A stretch of 64,000 bases of DNA, taken from positions 67,396,001 through 67,460,000 of the forward strand of contig CM052816.1 in NCBI GenBank assembly GCA_028534125.1. Reading direction: 5' to 3'. Positions 13,677-26,822 of the stretch are shown here, piece after piece. How positions within the stretch are numbered: position 1 is the stretch's first letter; each line of letters begins with the position of its first letter. A program made the position numbers and the translations under genes. Below the pieces are notes generated by a model that saw only the letters and a program-made list of their open reading frames with translations, ran no database searches and was not told the DNA's origin. This DNA comes from Lama glama. Its lineage: Eukaryota.

Positions 13677-13723
13677 AATGCTGCTCTCAGTAAAGAATGC
13701 ATAATAAAATTTTGCTTAATCTT

Positions 13724-13950
13724 TTTTAAACTATTTTATTGAAGTATAGTTGATTTACAATGTTAGTTTCAGGTGTACAGCAAAGTGATTTAATTATACA
13801 TACACATACATATATATCTTTTCTTTTCAGATTCTTTTCCATTATATGTTCTTACAAGAAATTGAATATAGTTCCCTGTGCTATACAGTAGGTCCTTGTA
13901 TGTATTTTATGTGTGTATCTTAATCCCCAACCCATAATTTATCCCTTCTT
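13724..13950 (-). mobile_element. Truncated lineage-specific (artiodactyl/camelid) L1 3' end
   Basis: ttttattgaagtatagttgatttacaatg...aatatagttccctgtgctatacagtagg, with a perfect 17-bp TSD aaattttgcttaatctt at 13707-13723 and 13951-13967. Confidence 0.9.
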
Positions 13951-15656
13951 AAATTTTGCTTAATCTTAACATAGACTATTTTTTCATTCTTAACAAAATT
14001 TTCACTTATCTAATTTTGTCATATCATATTGTTTAAAAATTTTTAAATAAAATTTGATTATTTCTTGCAGCAATTTATTCATATGGATTCCATATTTGTT
14101 GTCTTCTATAATTCACATGCAAATTTTATTTAATAAGTTCATTTTGGTACTTTTTCAATTCATTGTAATTTGGAAAGTATCCTTGAGTCAAATGAGTTCA
14201 GAAACCCCACCTTAATATGAACTCTACAGCCTCCTGTTAATAGAAAAGGCAGCCTCAGTATTTATAGTTACTTGCTAACATCGGGCATAGTAAGGGTCAT
14301 CTTGCTGGCAAGATGTTAGGAGTATCCACATCTACTTGAGGACTTACCTGTTGCAAACAACTGCTAGCTTTATGACACTATATACCAAGAATCCTAAGAA
14401 CGGAAGGTAAATTGAAGCCCTAACAAAAACATTTTTTTTAATACAGGAGGAAGATCATATTACCATATTGCCTTTCAATATTTCATAGCAGGTCAGTGAT
14501 TTAGGACAGGACATGAAGTCCTCTGATGATTTTGAGTGGTAGGTCGGAGAGTACACCGAGGAGGGTTTGGAAAAGTGTTACAATTTGGAAAGGAGATTCT
14601 CCCGTATAAACTTTGGTCAAACTTGAATTCTTTGAGCTGGTCCTACTCTCAGAAGGCCAACAGCTATTGTGAACCCCACAGATCATCCTGTGAGATTCCG
14701 AGCTGCATAAATCATCCTCTTCAGTATTTTCACTAGGACTTCAGAGAGGGGCACATGTGTGCACATGCACACACGGGAGGGAAGCAGCTGGAGGACAGTA
14801 GCATCAACTTATGATTTCTTACATCCACTTTATAAGGAAGGGAAGCCAAATGGGGAAACTGAAGCTCCACGAGTCTAAGAAAGATGGTGACTAAACAGTG
14901 ATCCCCAAACCCTACAAGTTGCACAGGGGCCACCTCAGGTGGAGTGAGGAGGATCAGAGGAAAGGAGAAGGGGACAGCATTCCTGGAAGGCCACCTGCAC
15001 TTCTAGAGCAACTCGAAGCCCATGTGCTTTACATATGGGCCTTCCCCTAAAAGTTCACTTGAAGAAAGGAGTCAGCTTCTAAAATGTGAAAAGCACTAGA
15101 ATAACTCTAGGTTCCTTTCCTGCTTACATATTCTGCAATCCCATTAGAGGCCGTTCATTATTCATTCGATCATTTAACTGGTTAATCAAAAAAAAAAAAA
15201 TCGGGGTCCCAGATATAATCCAAGCACAGCACCAAGAAATAAAAACAAGTAAGACATAGCCTCTGTTCTCAAGAAATTCACCATCTAATGGGATCCAACA
15301 AACATACATAACAACAACAACAAAAAATCACTGTCCAGTACTCTCATAAAGGGATTTATAAGTCGAAATGGAAGCAAAAGGAAAGAAGTCTTTCCCTGGG
15401 AGGAGGGAGAGGAGGAGTCAGGAAAGATTTGCAGGTGGGGCTAGATTGTTAAAAACTAGAAGGAATTCTACCCAGCTCGAGCAGAAATGGGATGTAGCGA
15501 ATCGTGTAGCTGGGAAGAATTCGAGAGCTCACAAGATGGAGATCAGAACTGCAGGAAGCGAGGCCTGAGCATGAGCTCTGGGGACTCAGAAACACGGGGC
15601 TTCCAGGGTTCACCCGCTGAAAGCAGGCCCTCTGTCCTTCAGAAAAAAAAAAAAAT

Positions 15657-15785
15657 ACAGTCACTCCTCTGTTCCCCCCCGGGGGATTGGTTCCAGGACT
15701 CCTGGGGACACCAAAAACCACAGATGCTCAATTCCCTTACAGTCAGCGCTCCCTCTGTATCCCTCCGCAGATGGGGAACCCGTCT
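15657..15785 (+). mobile_element. MER2-like (TcMar-Tigger) fragment
   Basis: tacagtc...gggggattggttccaggac...accaaaaaccacagatgctcaattccctta matches the MER2 left end. Confidence 0.7.
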
Positions 15786-16204
15786 TTATAGCTGCCTGCT
15801 GTCCCAGCTCAGCGCTACCAGAGGGGAGAAAGCACCCCACCCCTACACTTCCACCCAGCGCTTCTCTACCCACTCCAAGGAAGGACCCTTTGTCCTCTAA
15901 GTGATGTGCCACTGTGCTGGGGGTTGCAGCGCAATGATTGGCTGTGTCAGGATCACAAATACCTTGCCTATCCCCCCACCCATCGTCAAAGGGGTTAAAC
16001 CAAGACAAAGAGGGGTGGGAAAGCCTCTGAGCGGAGCAGTCAGCACTACAGGAGACAAAACAGTCCAGGCAGAGGATCCCACATCTATGTCCTACCCTCC
16101 TGCCCAGCCCTCTTTCTGCCACACCATTTTATACCATCCGGGTCACCTTGAGCCATTTCCGGGAGTGACAAATACAAAGGAGGAGACCACAGGCACAGAC
16201 ATCA

Positions 16205-16641
16205 TCAGCCTTGGTTTTGTTAAGGCTACAATAACAAAGTACCACAAACTGGATGGCTTTAAACAATGGAAATTTGTGGTCTCAACAGTTCTGGGGGCTA
16301 GAAGTCCAAGATCAAGGTGTTAGCAGGGCTGGGCTGCTTCTGAAATCTGCAGGGCCTTGCTTCTTCTAGATTCTGGTGGTTTGCCAGCAGTCTTCAGCAC
16401 CCCTGGGCTTGCAGGCCCATCACTCCAACTCTCCATCTTCACATGCCATGTGTCTTCACATGGTCTTCTTATAAGGACACCACTCATGTTGGATTAGGAG
16501 CCCCGCCTACTCCAGTATGACCTCATCTTAACTAATTATATCTGCAATGAACCTACTGTCAAATACAGTCACATTCTGAGTTACTAGAGGTCAAGACTTC
16601 AACATATCTTTTGGGAGGAAAACACAATTCAACCCATAACC
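16205..16641 (-). mobile_element. MaLR LTR, MLT1B-like
   Basis: ataacaaagtaccacaaactggatggc...ctactccagtatgacctcatcttaactaatta...cacaattcaacccataac. Confidence 0.85.
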
Positions 16642-18252
16642 ACCATCTACTAACCAGACACTGGACTTTCAGGACAAAAACTCCAAAAGGAAAACCTTAA
16701 GCCTTTTCTACTTTGGGTGCACCCAAAAACATCTCTTGGCACAAGGTCAAGGACAGCAAACTGAGGTATAATCCTACAAGGGAAGCAGTTCAGTCCTTAC
16801 AAGAGCGAAAAATGTTGAAAATAATGCAGAAAGCTTGCATTAACATGAAACTCCAAGTTAGAATTCACGGTCTGTGCCTGCAAAGTCCACAGATTTGACT
16901 GCTCCATAAACATCAGTATTCTGCAATTTTCCTCATTATACAAGACTACACAGCACTTTATGGAAACATAAAATTGGTAACTCAGTCCTTAAACCATATG
17001 TTTTAATAAGTAGGAGCTAATCAGGCATAGTGTTTGCATGTCTGCTATTTTGGGACTGTTTCAACATCTCCCAGGGATTGTAAATGTCCTTACTTGCAGC
17101 AAACTGTACCCAAAGTAGTAGCAAAATATAAGCCACAGTTATACAATTATGCTACTGTGAGAATGAGCTCTCAGCAGGTGAGAAAGTGAGCCCAGGCCAG
17201 GTCATCAGGAAGGAATCTAGCAACTAAGGGAGCACTCGGGAGACACGAGGTGAGGGACTGCAGACTCTGAGTAGACATCACTTTGCTCTAATGCAAAGAA
17301 CGTACCTTTGTCTAAATATGGAGCTATATGATGAGATTCATTGCCTCCGAGCTGAGACTGCCCTTGTTACAACCTTGGTTCAAAGGTCAGCTTTACTGAC
17401 CCTTTACTAAGAGAGAGAAAGAAGCATGGGAAGGGTGAGGAAAGGAAGGGAGGGCCCGTTGCTTCTGCTTGTTTTTAAGAGCTCTGAGTGAATCAGCTGA
17501 CCTTTTATCTTTCTGAAATGAGGAACAGTGAACTACCAAGTGACTTTTGCTGCCCTGACCAACAATAAACACCTAGGTAAAGAAGGGCTAGTCTCCCAAA
17601 GTCAGTCCCCCAACGTCGTAAAATTGGGAAGCTGTCTCCCTGTGCACTCTCAGGGGGCCTACATTCTCTCAGTAGAGCATTTGGGGGAAGGAGCTGCACC
17701 TTTACCTGGAGTCCTGCTTTAAAACACAAAAGTTCAGGCTTCAAGACACAACTCAAGCACAATCTCCCTGAAGTGATCTTTCAGAATTCTACTCCAACCC
17801 CTTATCCCACAACCCACTGGCTAAATTCAGCTGAACAGCCCCTTCCCCTCGCTTGCATGGCCCCTGGCTGATCACGCAACCTCCTTCACACGTTTCCACT
17901 GTGATTTTCCTAGTGTCCCCTCTCACAGTCGCAATTCAGATGAAGAAGTGCACGGTCAACCTCTTCATTCTTGTCCCCTGCCTGCCCTGCCACACGGCCT
18001 GCAGCTCCCATCAGAATGAAAAGACAGAGACTGTTTCATTTCCTTCTTTACTACCAGTGGCTAGAGATACTTGGCACTTTAAGAAATGCCCGACACACGA
18101 AAGCAACACCTGAACTGATTCACTGTGTGAGTGTTACATCCACAGGCTCTATGTAGGTCATGGCACTGAGCTAGTTGGGGAGAGAGACCAAGGAGGATAA
18201 GTTATAGTCTCCACCGTCGAGATTTATAATCTAGTTACAGAATCCCATAAAC

Positions 18253-18410
18253 TAGGGATTCTCAAAGTGTGGTCCCCAAACCAGCAGCATCAGATGGAAC
18301 CTCTGAGAAATGCAAATTCTCAGGCTCCAGCCCAGACCCATTGAACCAAAATTTTGGGGGGAGAGGGGTCAGGGATGATAGCAGCAATCTGTATTATAAC
18401 CAGCTCTCCT
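18253..18410 (+). mobile_element. MER5A fossil
   Basis: agggattctcaaagtgtggtcccca...cagcagcatcag...gaaatgcaaattctcaggc. Confidence 0.8.
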
Positions 18411-18639
18411 TGTCAGCACTTCTGACAGCTCAGGAGGACAGCTGGGCAAAAGGTAGAGTGTCAAAAGGTGGCTCCAGTGATCCACCCAGTGTTTGGGGTT
18501 GGTTCTCAGGAACTGCCCTCTAGAAGTAAGTGCGAACTGCAAATAAACCTGCTCTCATCTGCAGCCAGACTGCAAGGCGTTTGGGTGCCCACAGAGTCCT
18601 ACAATTAAATTAACAGGATCCTGGGTTGCACCTCCAAGG

Positions 18640-19230
18640 ACCTCCAGGCACCTAGCAGAAGCAAAAGACAATCCTCTCTGGAGAAAGATATCATTCTAGG
18701 CCTCAGATTATTTCTACAAATGTTTTCAAATACAATGTCCAACACATAATCAAATATAAGGAGGTCTCAAAGATGCAGGAGGATATGAACCACCACCAGC
18801 ACAAGCAAACAGAAATGACCACGACAGGCAGCCCAGATAACGAAATCACCAGACACAGACTGTAAAACTACTATGCTGAACATGTGCAAAGAGAGAAAAA
18901 CAAGACTAAAACAGTTTCAGCACAGAACTGGAAAAAAGAAAAAAATGATACAGCAGATTTAAAACAGAAACAAACTGAAACCCAGGAACTTAAAAATACA
19001 ATAACCAAAGTTAAAAACAATGTACTGGTCTACCAGCAGATTAGAGAAAATTGAATAAAGCATGAGGGGACTGGAAGATACATCAGAAGAAACAGAATGA
19101 AATATAAATAGTGAAAGGAATGGAAATATAAAAAGAAGGGAGAAGAGCCAGAAAAACACAGTGAGAAGATCAAACATATGTTTAATCAGAGACACAGAAA
19201 AAGAGAGAGAAGGGCTGGAAGCAGACACTC
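18640..19230 (+). mobile_element. Ancient L1ME/HAL1-type ORF1-region fragment
   Basis: ggcacctagcagaagcaaaagacaatcctctctggag followed by A-rich, degraded ORF1-like sequence. Confidence 0.65.
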
Positions 19231-20429
19231 TGTCAGGTGGAGTGGTCCCACTCATGCTCTTGGAGCTGACCCTACACTCTACCACTGAGTGACAGGCATC
19301 ATGCCTGGGAAGGGGCTGGGGGCAGGGAATAGTGGAACCAACCTCATTTATCCATTTCAAATAAATACTTTTTCAACTATTTAAACCATTCCCTCATGCT
19401 TAAACAAGAAATTCAATACCAGTGGTTGGTTATCACATTATCCAAAAAGGACACAACTCTAACTTGGAAGAAAGGTTCTGAAGGAGTTGACTTGAAATGT
19501 GGGTTAGCAGATGAATGACTCCATCGAAGGCATTTCAGGAGGCTATGTCTGAAGAGAAAGACAGAAGAGGGGCCAACAGCACAGTGTGTCCACTGTCCCC
19601 TGAGTCACACACCCAGCACTCAGGGCTGGACTCCAGTCACAGAAGGCCTTTTGGCAGAAGCTGAAGGGACTACTTTCAGGAAGGGCCCAGCAGACTGCTC
19701 TGTACGCATGGATGGCAGACAGCTCAGAGTTGGCAGGGTGGCAGTCCGCAGACTGTCAAGGAACACGGCTTGGCATTTCCTCAGGCAGGACTTCAAGGAA
19801 TGGAGAGGTCAGTCAGCAACTCAGAAAGAGCAAACAGAGAGCTGTGGACACACCCTTCTAGGGGCGGCTTCCAGCTGGGGCAGTGGACATTGTAAAGCAA
19901 GTGCCCCCTGCACTTGCAGTGGACATGCAGCCCTGAGAACTGTGAATCAGTACCACTCACATGGCTCCTTTCTAACTCGAGAGCTGGTGAGGCTAGCCAC
20001 ACGCAGGTGAGATGCTCAGGAATCACCACAGGAGAAGGAAATCCCGGTGAATTAGCTTGCTGGGGTTCATTTACTCTGGTTTATTTACTGGTTTAGGTCC
20101 TGGTGTACAGACAGCCCAATAATTGTTCATCTGACCAACTTTCTCCCCAAGGACTGAATGGGACATTTAAACACAGAAATACTGCACAGCCTTTATTTTG
20201 TGCTCAAGTCAAAACACTTCCTGTGAAAAGGCAACTTGTAAACAAAACAGAAGCCAGTGGAGAAACAGAATGCACATTGTAAGCAGAAATTTCTCACCTA
20301 GTCTTTTTGTTGTATTTTAGGAAAAATCCAATGCAAACATGAGGCCAAGTTTTGATGTAATACAGTAAAATGGTCATGTTTAGAGTGTTTACGCTCTAAG
20401 TTTCAGCTTTAGGCTAATGACTTGATAAG

Positions 20430-21087
20430 CAGATTTACCCTACGATCCAGCAATCCCACTCCTGGGCGTATATCTGGAGAAAACTCTAATTCGGAAAGAT
20501 ACATTCACCTCGATGTTCACAGCAGCATTATATACAATAGCCAGGACATGGAAGCAACCTAAATGTCCAGCAACTGATGACAGGATAAAGAAGTTGTGGT
20601 ATATTTATGCAATGGAATACTACTCAGCCATAAAGAAAGAATAAAATAATGCCACTGGCAGCAACATGGATGGACCTGGAGATGGTCATTCTAAGTGAAG
20701 TAAGCCAGAAAGAGAAAGAAAAATACCATATAATATCACTCATATGTAAAATCTAAAAAAATGACACAAATGAACTTATTTACAAAACAGAAACAGATTC
20801 ACAGACATAGAAAACACACTTATGGTTACAGGGGCAAGGGAGAGATGAATTGGGAGTTTGGGATTTGCAGATACTACTATATATACAACAGATAAACAAG
20901 GTCCTATTGTACAGCACAGGGAACTATATTCAATACCTTGTAACAGCCGATAGTGAAAAAGAATATGAAACGGAATATATATTCTACATATATATATAAT
21001 TATGCTGTACACCAGAAAGAGTCACAATATTATAAATTGACTATACTTCAATAAAAAATAAAAATAAGAAAAAATTAAAATAAAAAA
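20430..21087 (+). mobile_element. Lineage-specific L1 3' end (ORF2 C-terminus, 3' UTR and A-rich tail)
   Basis: ccctacgatccagcaatcccactcctgggcgtatatc...aatggaatactactcagccataaag...gactatacttcaataaaaaataaaaat. Confidence 0.92.
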
Positions 21088-22446
21088 GGATGACTCAGTT
21101 ATTTAAATCTTCTCACTAATATATTCCACCTTTAGGACATGTCCAAACCTCAAATGTCACCAGAAATGAGATGATCTATACTAATTAAAAGGAAGAGTGT
21201 TCTCAGTCTAAGAGAAAATTTGGCATCATAAAGGGAAAGGTACAAGGACAAAATGAGTTCTTGCTGTTTTTTAACAGTTTGACAAAACAGTTTATTTTAG
21301 ATCTAAACATCCCCCTGCTGTACTGAGAGCCTAAAAATTGTTGTATATTTTAACTGGAAAGAGAAACTAACTGGGAAATAAAGAAGATAAACACATTGGC
21401 TCAATAGATTCTCATTTTCCAAGCAAAACTACAGGCAAACTGTTAAAAAAAAAAAAAAGCAAAAAGGCAGAAAAAGCAAAGGCCTGAAATATTGCTGTTC
21501 CAACAGTTCCAACTCACCTGAGTATTTGTGAGGAAAGGAACGTCTTGCTGGCTAGTGAGGAGAACACAGGCAGGTGGCTCACAGCTCCGCCCTTATTCCC
21601 AGCTTGGCTACTCTCCCAGGGCCACAAACAGCCCCCAACGTAAGGAGCTGGTTGTCAGTGGGACTGACCCAAGGGGCTCACACTTTAATAGTAACAGTGA
21701 CTTCCTTTTCTAAGAGGTCTCCGTGTATACTAAGCCCACTTCATCTTCACAGCAACTCCACAACACACCACGTCACCCCCACCCCATTCCCCCTACTGCA
21801 GGTGAGGACAGCGAGGCAGAGTGGGCTCCTGCCCAGTCACTCCATGGTCTGCCGGGACTGCGGGCTGCCAGCCGAGCCCTCCAACTGTGCTTCCCAGGGC
21901 ACTGTCCACACACCTGGCCCAGGTGGGGAACTGCTTGTTATGGTTTCGTTTCAGGTAGCTGTTGAAAGTAAGTCTTCTGAAACTTTACAGCAATGTGCCA
22001 CAGAGTAATGGGATCACTGTTTAACATCGCATCATTGTTTTAAATGAGGCTTGTACTGGTTTTTTTATTTCACTTTTCACAAAGACAAAAAAAAAATCCT
22101 TTTTACACACGTATCAGTCTGTGAGGGATTGAGAGTTTTTAAAAAGCAGGTTCTCCACCACACAGAGAGTGAGGAAGACTGGCCCCAAAACTCAGAGATC
22201 CCTCCAGTTCAGCGCCGATAAGCAGGACGCTGGCTTCTGAGGGTCTCTGGCAGGAATCGCTGTTAATGGCAGAGCTCGTGTCCCGTGAAGGGGCCACCTG
22301 CCCTCTGAGGGTGACCACTAAGAAGACATGGGAGCCAGGGGAACTGGGGTGTACCGGGTCCAAGGCTGGCCATCTCCGAAGTTCTCTTTGGTGATCCCAG
22401 AAGTCTCCCACCGCAAGAGGTATGGAATTTTAGAAAGAAATTGTCA

Positions 22447-22566
22447 GGGAGGGTATAGCTCAGTGGTAGAGAGCGTGCTTAGCATGCATAAGGTCCTGGG
22501 TTCAATCCCCAGTACCTCTGCTAAAATAAGTAAATAGATAAACCTAATCACCTACCCCCCAAAAAA
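22447..22566 (+). mobile_element. Vic-1-like camelid SINE
   Basis: gggagggtatagctcagtggtagagagcgtgcttagcatgcataaggtcctgggttcaatccccag, with an 18/19-bp flanking repeat at 22426-22444 and 22567-22585. Confidence 0.92.
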
Positions 22567-23762
22567 AATTTTAGGAAGAAATTGTGTTCCAGCATCTTAC
22601 AGAGAGCCCTAAGAATGTTAGCACTGTGAGTGACCCTGAATAAGGTCATCAAATGCCTCTCCTCCCTCTTGTGGAATAAAACTATGAGGGGACAGGGCAC
22701 CATGTTCCCCGGGAACAGCAGCAGTCCCTGCGGCACCTCCAAGCCCATTTCATTGGTCCATCTGATCTGGAAATGCCTTTCCCAATAAATACAGTGTTTG
22801 TGTTCCCTCCTCCTTGGAAAACAGGACACAAATGCACCAACCCCTCTCCTCAGTCTAGAAAGGAAGAAAGGAGGGTGGAAAAGGACCCTCCATACCTGGA
22901 GCGAGAAAGGCTTAACTGGAAGCCCAGGATGAAGATATGAAGATATCCCCACCCAGGACACACTGGGGTCAGTGTCTCTCAGGCTCACAGCCTTTGTTTT
23001 CTTGGAAAGCCTATCCCAAATAAACCAAGATGGAGCTTTTGTATGTCCAAAGTCACAGTTCATCATAAAACCTTAAACATTCACAGAGACAGTAAACAAC
23101 TATAATGGGAAAGGCTTCAGCTGAGGTACTTTGGCCCACAGGGTACATTTTTTGGTAGATGAGATGAGTGCGTATGAAGGGAAATTTGGAGAGGAATCAG
23201 CCAAGGCCGAGCATATGAAGACGTAGGTTGTTGTGGTTCATGGAAAGTGAAAGAGAAAACCCAGAGAGAGCACAAACCAGGTACACACTCAAATCCAGCC
23301 TCGTCTGTTGCTACCTTTAAGAGCTGCAGCCTGAGAGGAAAACTCCCAACACTTCTGCTTCATAGGACTCGTGATGGCAATAATACCAGTGTTCCTATTT
23401 AGGTTTTATGGATTTTTATAATTTTCAAAGTCACATTATCTCATTTGATCCTAATCTTCATCAGTAGAGATTTTACAATCCCCTCTGGAAAGTAATAATT
23501 TAGTAAAGATGAAGAAACTGAAGACATTTTGCCAAGACCACACGGAGAGCCAGTGGTATAGTAGCTTCTGGCACCAGAACTGGAGATTCTCTCCCTAGAG
23601 CTCTTCATGCATCAGCTACGTGATTCAATGTCACTCGTTCCCTGCTTCATGTGTCCTAGGAGGTTTCATTTTGTCAGGTCACTGACAAATAAATGAAAAT
23701 AGAAAATAAACGAATAGTGATATTAATGTGACCTAACCACGTGCCTATTACTATGCAATTGG

Positions 23763-23765
<3 letters not shown>

Positions 23766-23803
<38 letters not shown>

Positions 23804-23818
23804 CGTGAGTGTGTGTGT
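23766..23818. repeat. (TG)n microsatellite
   Basis: Directly visible in the sequence. Confidence 0.95.
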
Positions 23819-25000
23819 TTGGCACAGTCAGCATAATCTTCCTGGAAAACTTTTCCTGGATCTGAATTCCAAATGGATAGGCCTTTACATCAGCATATTT
23901 TTTTTAAATTTTCGGTGAATAAATGCATGAGTGAATGAATGAATGAATGTCAGTTAGCAGGAATACTTGCGATGTTCCAGCCTGGATGTTCTTATCCTGG
24001 GGAGCTGAGCAGAATCACCTGGAGTGGGCTGAGTTCCCCTTCTCCCTCACCCCCACCACCCAATACACCTTCCAGGGATCTAGCCTCAGGGACTGTGATT
24101 CTGTGGGAGAGGACAGGGTCTAGGATCTACATGCCTTAAATCAGACTCAGAGGTATGCTTCTGCTAACGGGCCACGATCGAGGCCAACTCCTTCACTTTA
24201 CAAATGAGGAGATCAAGGTTACGTAACCTGCTGAACATCACACAGCTCATGGGAATCCAACACCATTGCCCAGTGCTCCAGGTTATGGTAGAACCTCCAC
24301 CAGACGCATTTACCAGGGACCATCACATGGTACCAAGGCTCCTATGGGCCCCAGATGAATACCTCCAATCTCTTGCCAAAAACAACTATATTTTGCCACT
24401 TGAACAATTAAAATGCAACACATTGCCTTTTTCACCTCCAGCGTAGGTGGACTATGGAAAAGTTCTAGTTCATAAGATATCTTGGGGAATTATTTTCCAG
24501 AGTTAGCAGAGGAAACAGACTTACGTGATTCAGAACAAAATATCTCACCAAACACACTTTTAGCCTTTGACTAGGACAGTGCAGCACCTCAGGGCCACCC
24601 CTGTGAACACACGGCTGACGTGGTCTCCTGCAGTCCTAGGGCTGTGAGGAGGTCTCAGCAGACTCCAGACCAGAAGACCCGCAGGTAGAGACTGGCTCCT
24701 CATCAGTCAAGATGCAGGAATTGTCCTAGTCAAGCTGACTCTTTCTAGAAGAGGCAGTCTGTCATTGGAGGATCAGCGCTAGGAATCCTTGGGAGAGGAA
24801 CTCGGATGGTTCCCAGTAAGGAAACACTGAGTGTAGCATGTGTATGTCTTCATGAGAAGACATGGGGATATCGGGACAATGTGAGGGGAAACGCTGAAAA
24901 GACTGAAACTGTCATTTCAGGTGACAGCAGCTCTGACATTAGGGCTGCCCTTTTTAGAAGACATTTAACAAACACATCACATTTTTCAAGAAAACAATCT

Positions 25001-25194
25001 CGAATATATGTATGTATATGGATGACTGGGACTTACGCTATACACCAGAAACTGACATATTGTAACTGACTGTACTTCAATTAAAAAAAGAAAGAAAGAA
25101 AAGAAAGAAAGGAAAGGAAAGAAGGAAGGAAGGAAGGAAGGAAGGAAGGAAGGAAGGAAGGAAGGAAGGAAGGAAGGAAGAAAAGGAAGAAAGA
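25001..25194 (+). mobile_element. Short L1 3' end whose tail has become (GAAA)n/(GGAA)n
   Basis: About 85 bp of L1 3' UTR followed by the microsatellite. Near-perfect 13-bp TSD aagaaaac(a/c)atct at 24988-25000 and 25195-25207. Confidence 0.85.
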
Positions 25195-25705
25195 AAGAAA
25201 ACCATCTTCTTTTGCCCTACTGAATTTTGTGTACACCGTCCTCTGAAAGGTGATTTGGTGCCCTCTTGTGTTTGTTTCCTTTTACTGAAAGTTTCACAAA
25301 TCATTAGTCTTTCCTTTCCCTCCCAGTCTCTTCAAAGAAAATCATCCCTTGCCTGTCACTGCAATAGCCAAATTAAATTGTGAAAAAGTTAAATTAAAGA
25401 CGAGGGCCTTCTTATTACATGCACGACAGCTGCTCAGCACAAAAACCTGCTCTTTTTGCCTCTCCTTTTGCTGTCGCTCACCAACCTGAGCCGTCACAGG
25501 CGGGAAGGAATCCAAAGACCCACAAGACAAAGCCAGAACTAGAGTCCCCATTTGTGTCACTGGGTCTCTGTTAAGGAGAGGGTAATTCTCTTCCTGAGGG
25601 AAGCCATCAGTGACCCCAGTGGTTTCCAAACCGAGCTGGGCATCTGGGGAGCAGAGTTTAAATACCGAGTCCTGGGCCTTTGCCTCAGGACTTCGGAGTA
25701 AGTAG

Positions 25706-26822
25706 TGTAATAGGGAAGGACAAATCTGACTCCAGATTAGATCTGTTTCTTTAGCTAAGCCTGTGCTCTGTTTCTTGTGCTTAGTCACACTGGTTCTGCA
25801 CCTTTTGTGAAAGAATGTTGCCTAGAGCCTGAAATAGGCAGGTCAGCCCATTCACACGGCTCTAGACTTTCAGGGTATAACACCTTTCCATTCACATAGA
25901 GATGAAAAGTAGCAGAACAGAGAAAAATGTTTGTCTTGTTGGAGGTTTACAGGAACATCATGACCTGAACTACATGGACAACTGTAAGAACAAAGTGAAA
26001 CAGGAGGGAAGGGGCAGGACACAACCACTGAAAGAATGACACAGCAGTCAGCACCAAGATGTGGAAGATTCAACTCCCAGTAGACCTTGAGCTTCAATGT
26101 ACGCTCATTGAAATACAATAGCTGCTAAATGGTACTCCCACAGGTGCCAGGACAGTTTCAAGGCTGACCATAAAAGGTCAAGGGTGAGTGACTGCCCAAT
26201 TCCTGGGAATCCCAGCCCCTTCCCTGAAGTAGCTGGAATAATCCTCCTACTTGTTAGCATATGAAGTCACCAAGTCCATCAAAACTAACAACACCGAGCC
26301 TCACTGCCGCTCTCCCTTCTGAGACGGCCCGCACTCTGTGTATGGAGTGTGTATCTACTCTTACTTTAAACTGAGCACCCAACCCCCACACTTCGTGGCC
26401 TTTCTCTTGCCTTCTGAAACAGCCTACACTCTGACTATGGAGTATGTCTCTCTCTGAATAAATCTACCTTTACTCAACTGTAGCTGGCTCTTGAATTCTT
26501 TCCTGCGCAAAGCCAAGGACCCACACTTGGTGGGGCGCATCCTAGGGACTCAACCAAGACCTGGGACATGGCCATCCTCTCGTCCCACATTCTTTTTCCT
26601 GTATCAAAAGGATTTCAACACCAAGAAGTTTGCAACAACCAACCACACCCCCTACCCTTTTTAGTATAAAAGGAGCCTGAATTGTGACTTAGGGAAGATG
26701 GTTCTCCAGAACGTTAGTCTGCTGGCTTTCCAAATAAAGTCGTTATTCTTGACCCCAGCACCTCATCCCCCGATTTACTGGCCTGCAGTGTGGCAAGCAG
26801 AACAAGTTCGGACTCAGTAACA
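25706..26822 (+). mobile_element. ERV1 solo LTR (MER41-like), about 500 bp once the nested LTR is removed
   Basis: tgtaatagg...cagtaaca termini, 4-bp TSD GTAG (25702-25705 and 26823-26826), tataaaa near 26665 and aataaa near 26733. Confidence 0.85.
25996..26606 (+). mobile_element. Younger ERV1 solo LTR nested in the MER41-like LTR
   Basis: Inverted termini tgaaacagga...tcctgtatca, 4-bp TSD AAAG (25992-25995 and 26607-26610) and aataaa near 26457. Confidence 0.88.

Noticed and set aside
15487..16323. Cluster of overlapping 137-153 aa ORFs
   Set aside because: They span MER2-like and MLT1 fragments, with no coherent exon structure or protein similarity.
22447..22520. tRNA gene-like sequence (also at 6360, 30374, 56244, 57001 and 58187)
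   Set aside because: A and B boxes are present, but the copies have AT-rich tails, mostly show TSDs and are mutually diverged. They are SINEs, not tRNA genes.
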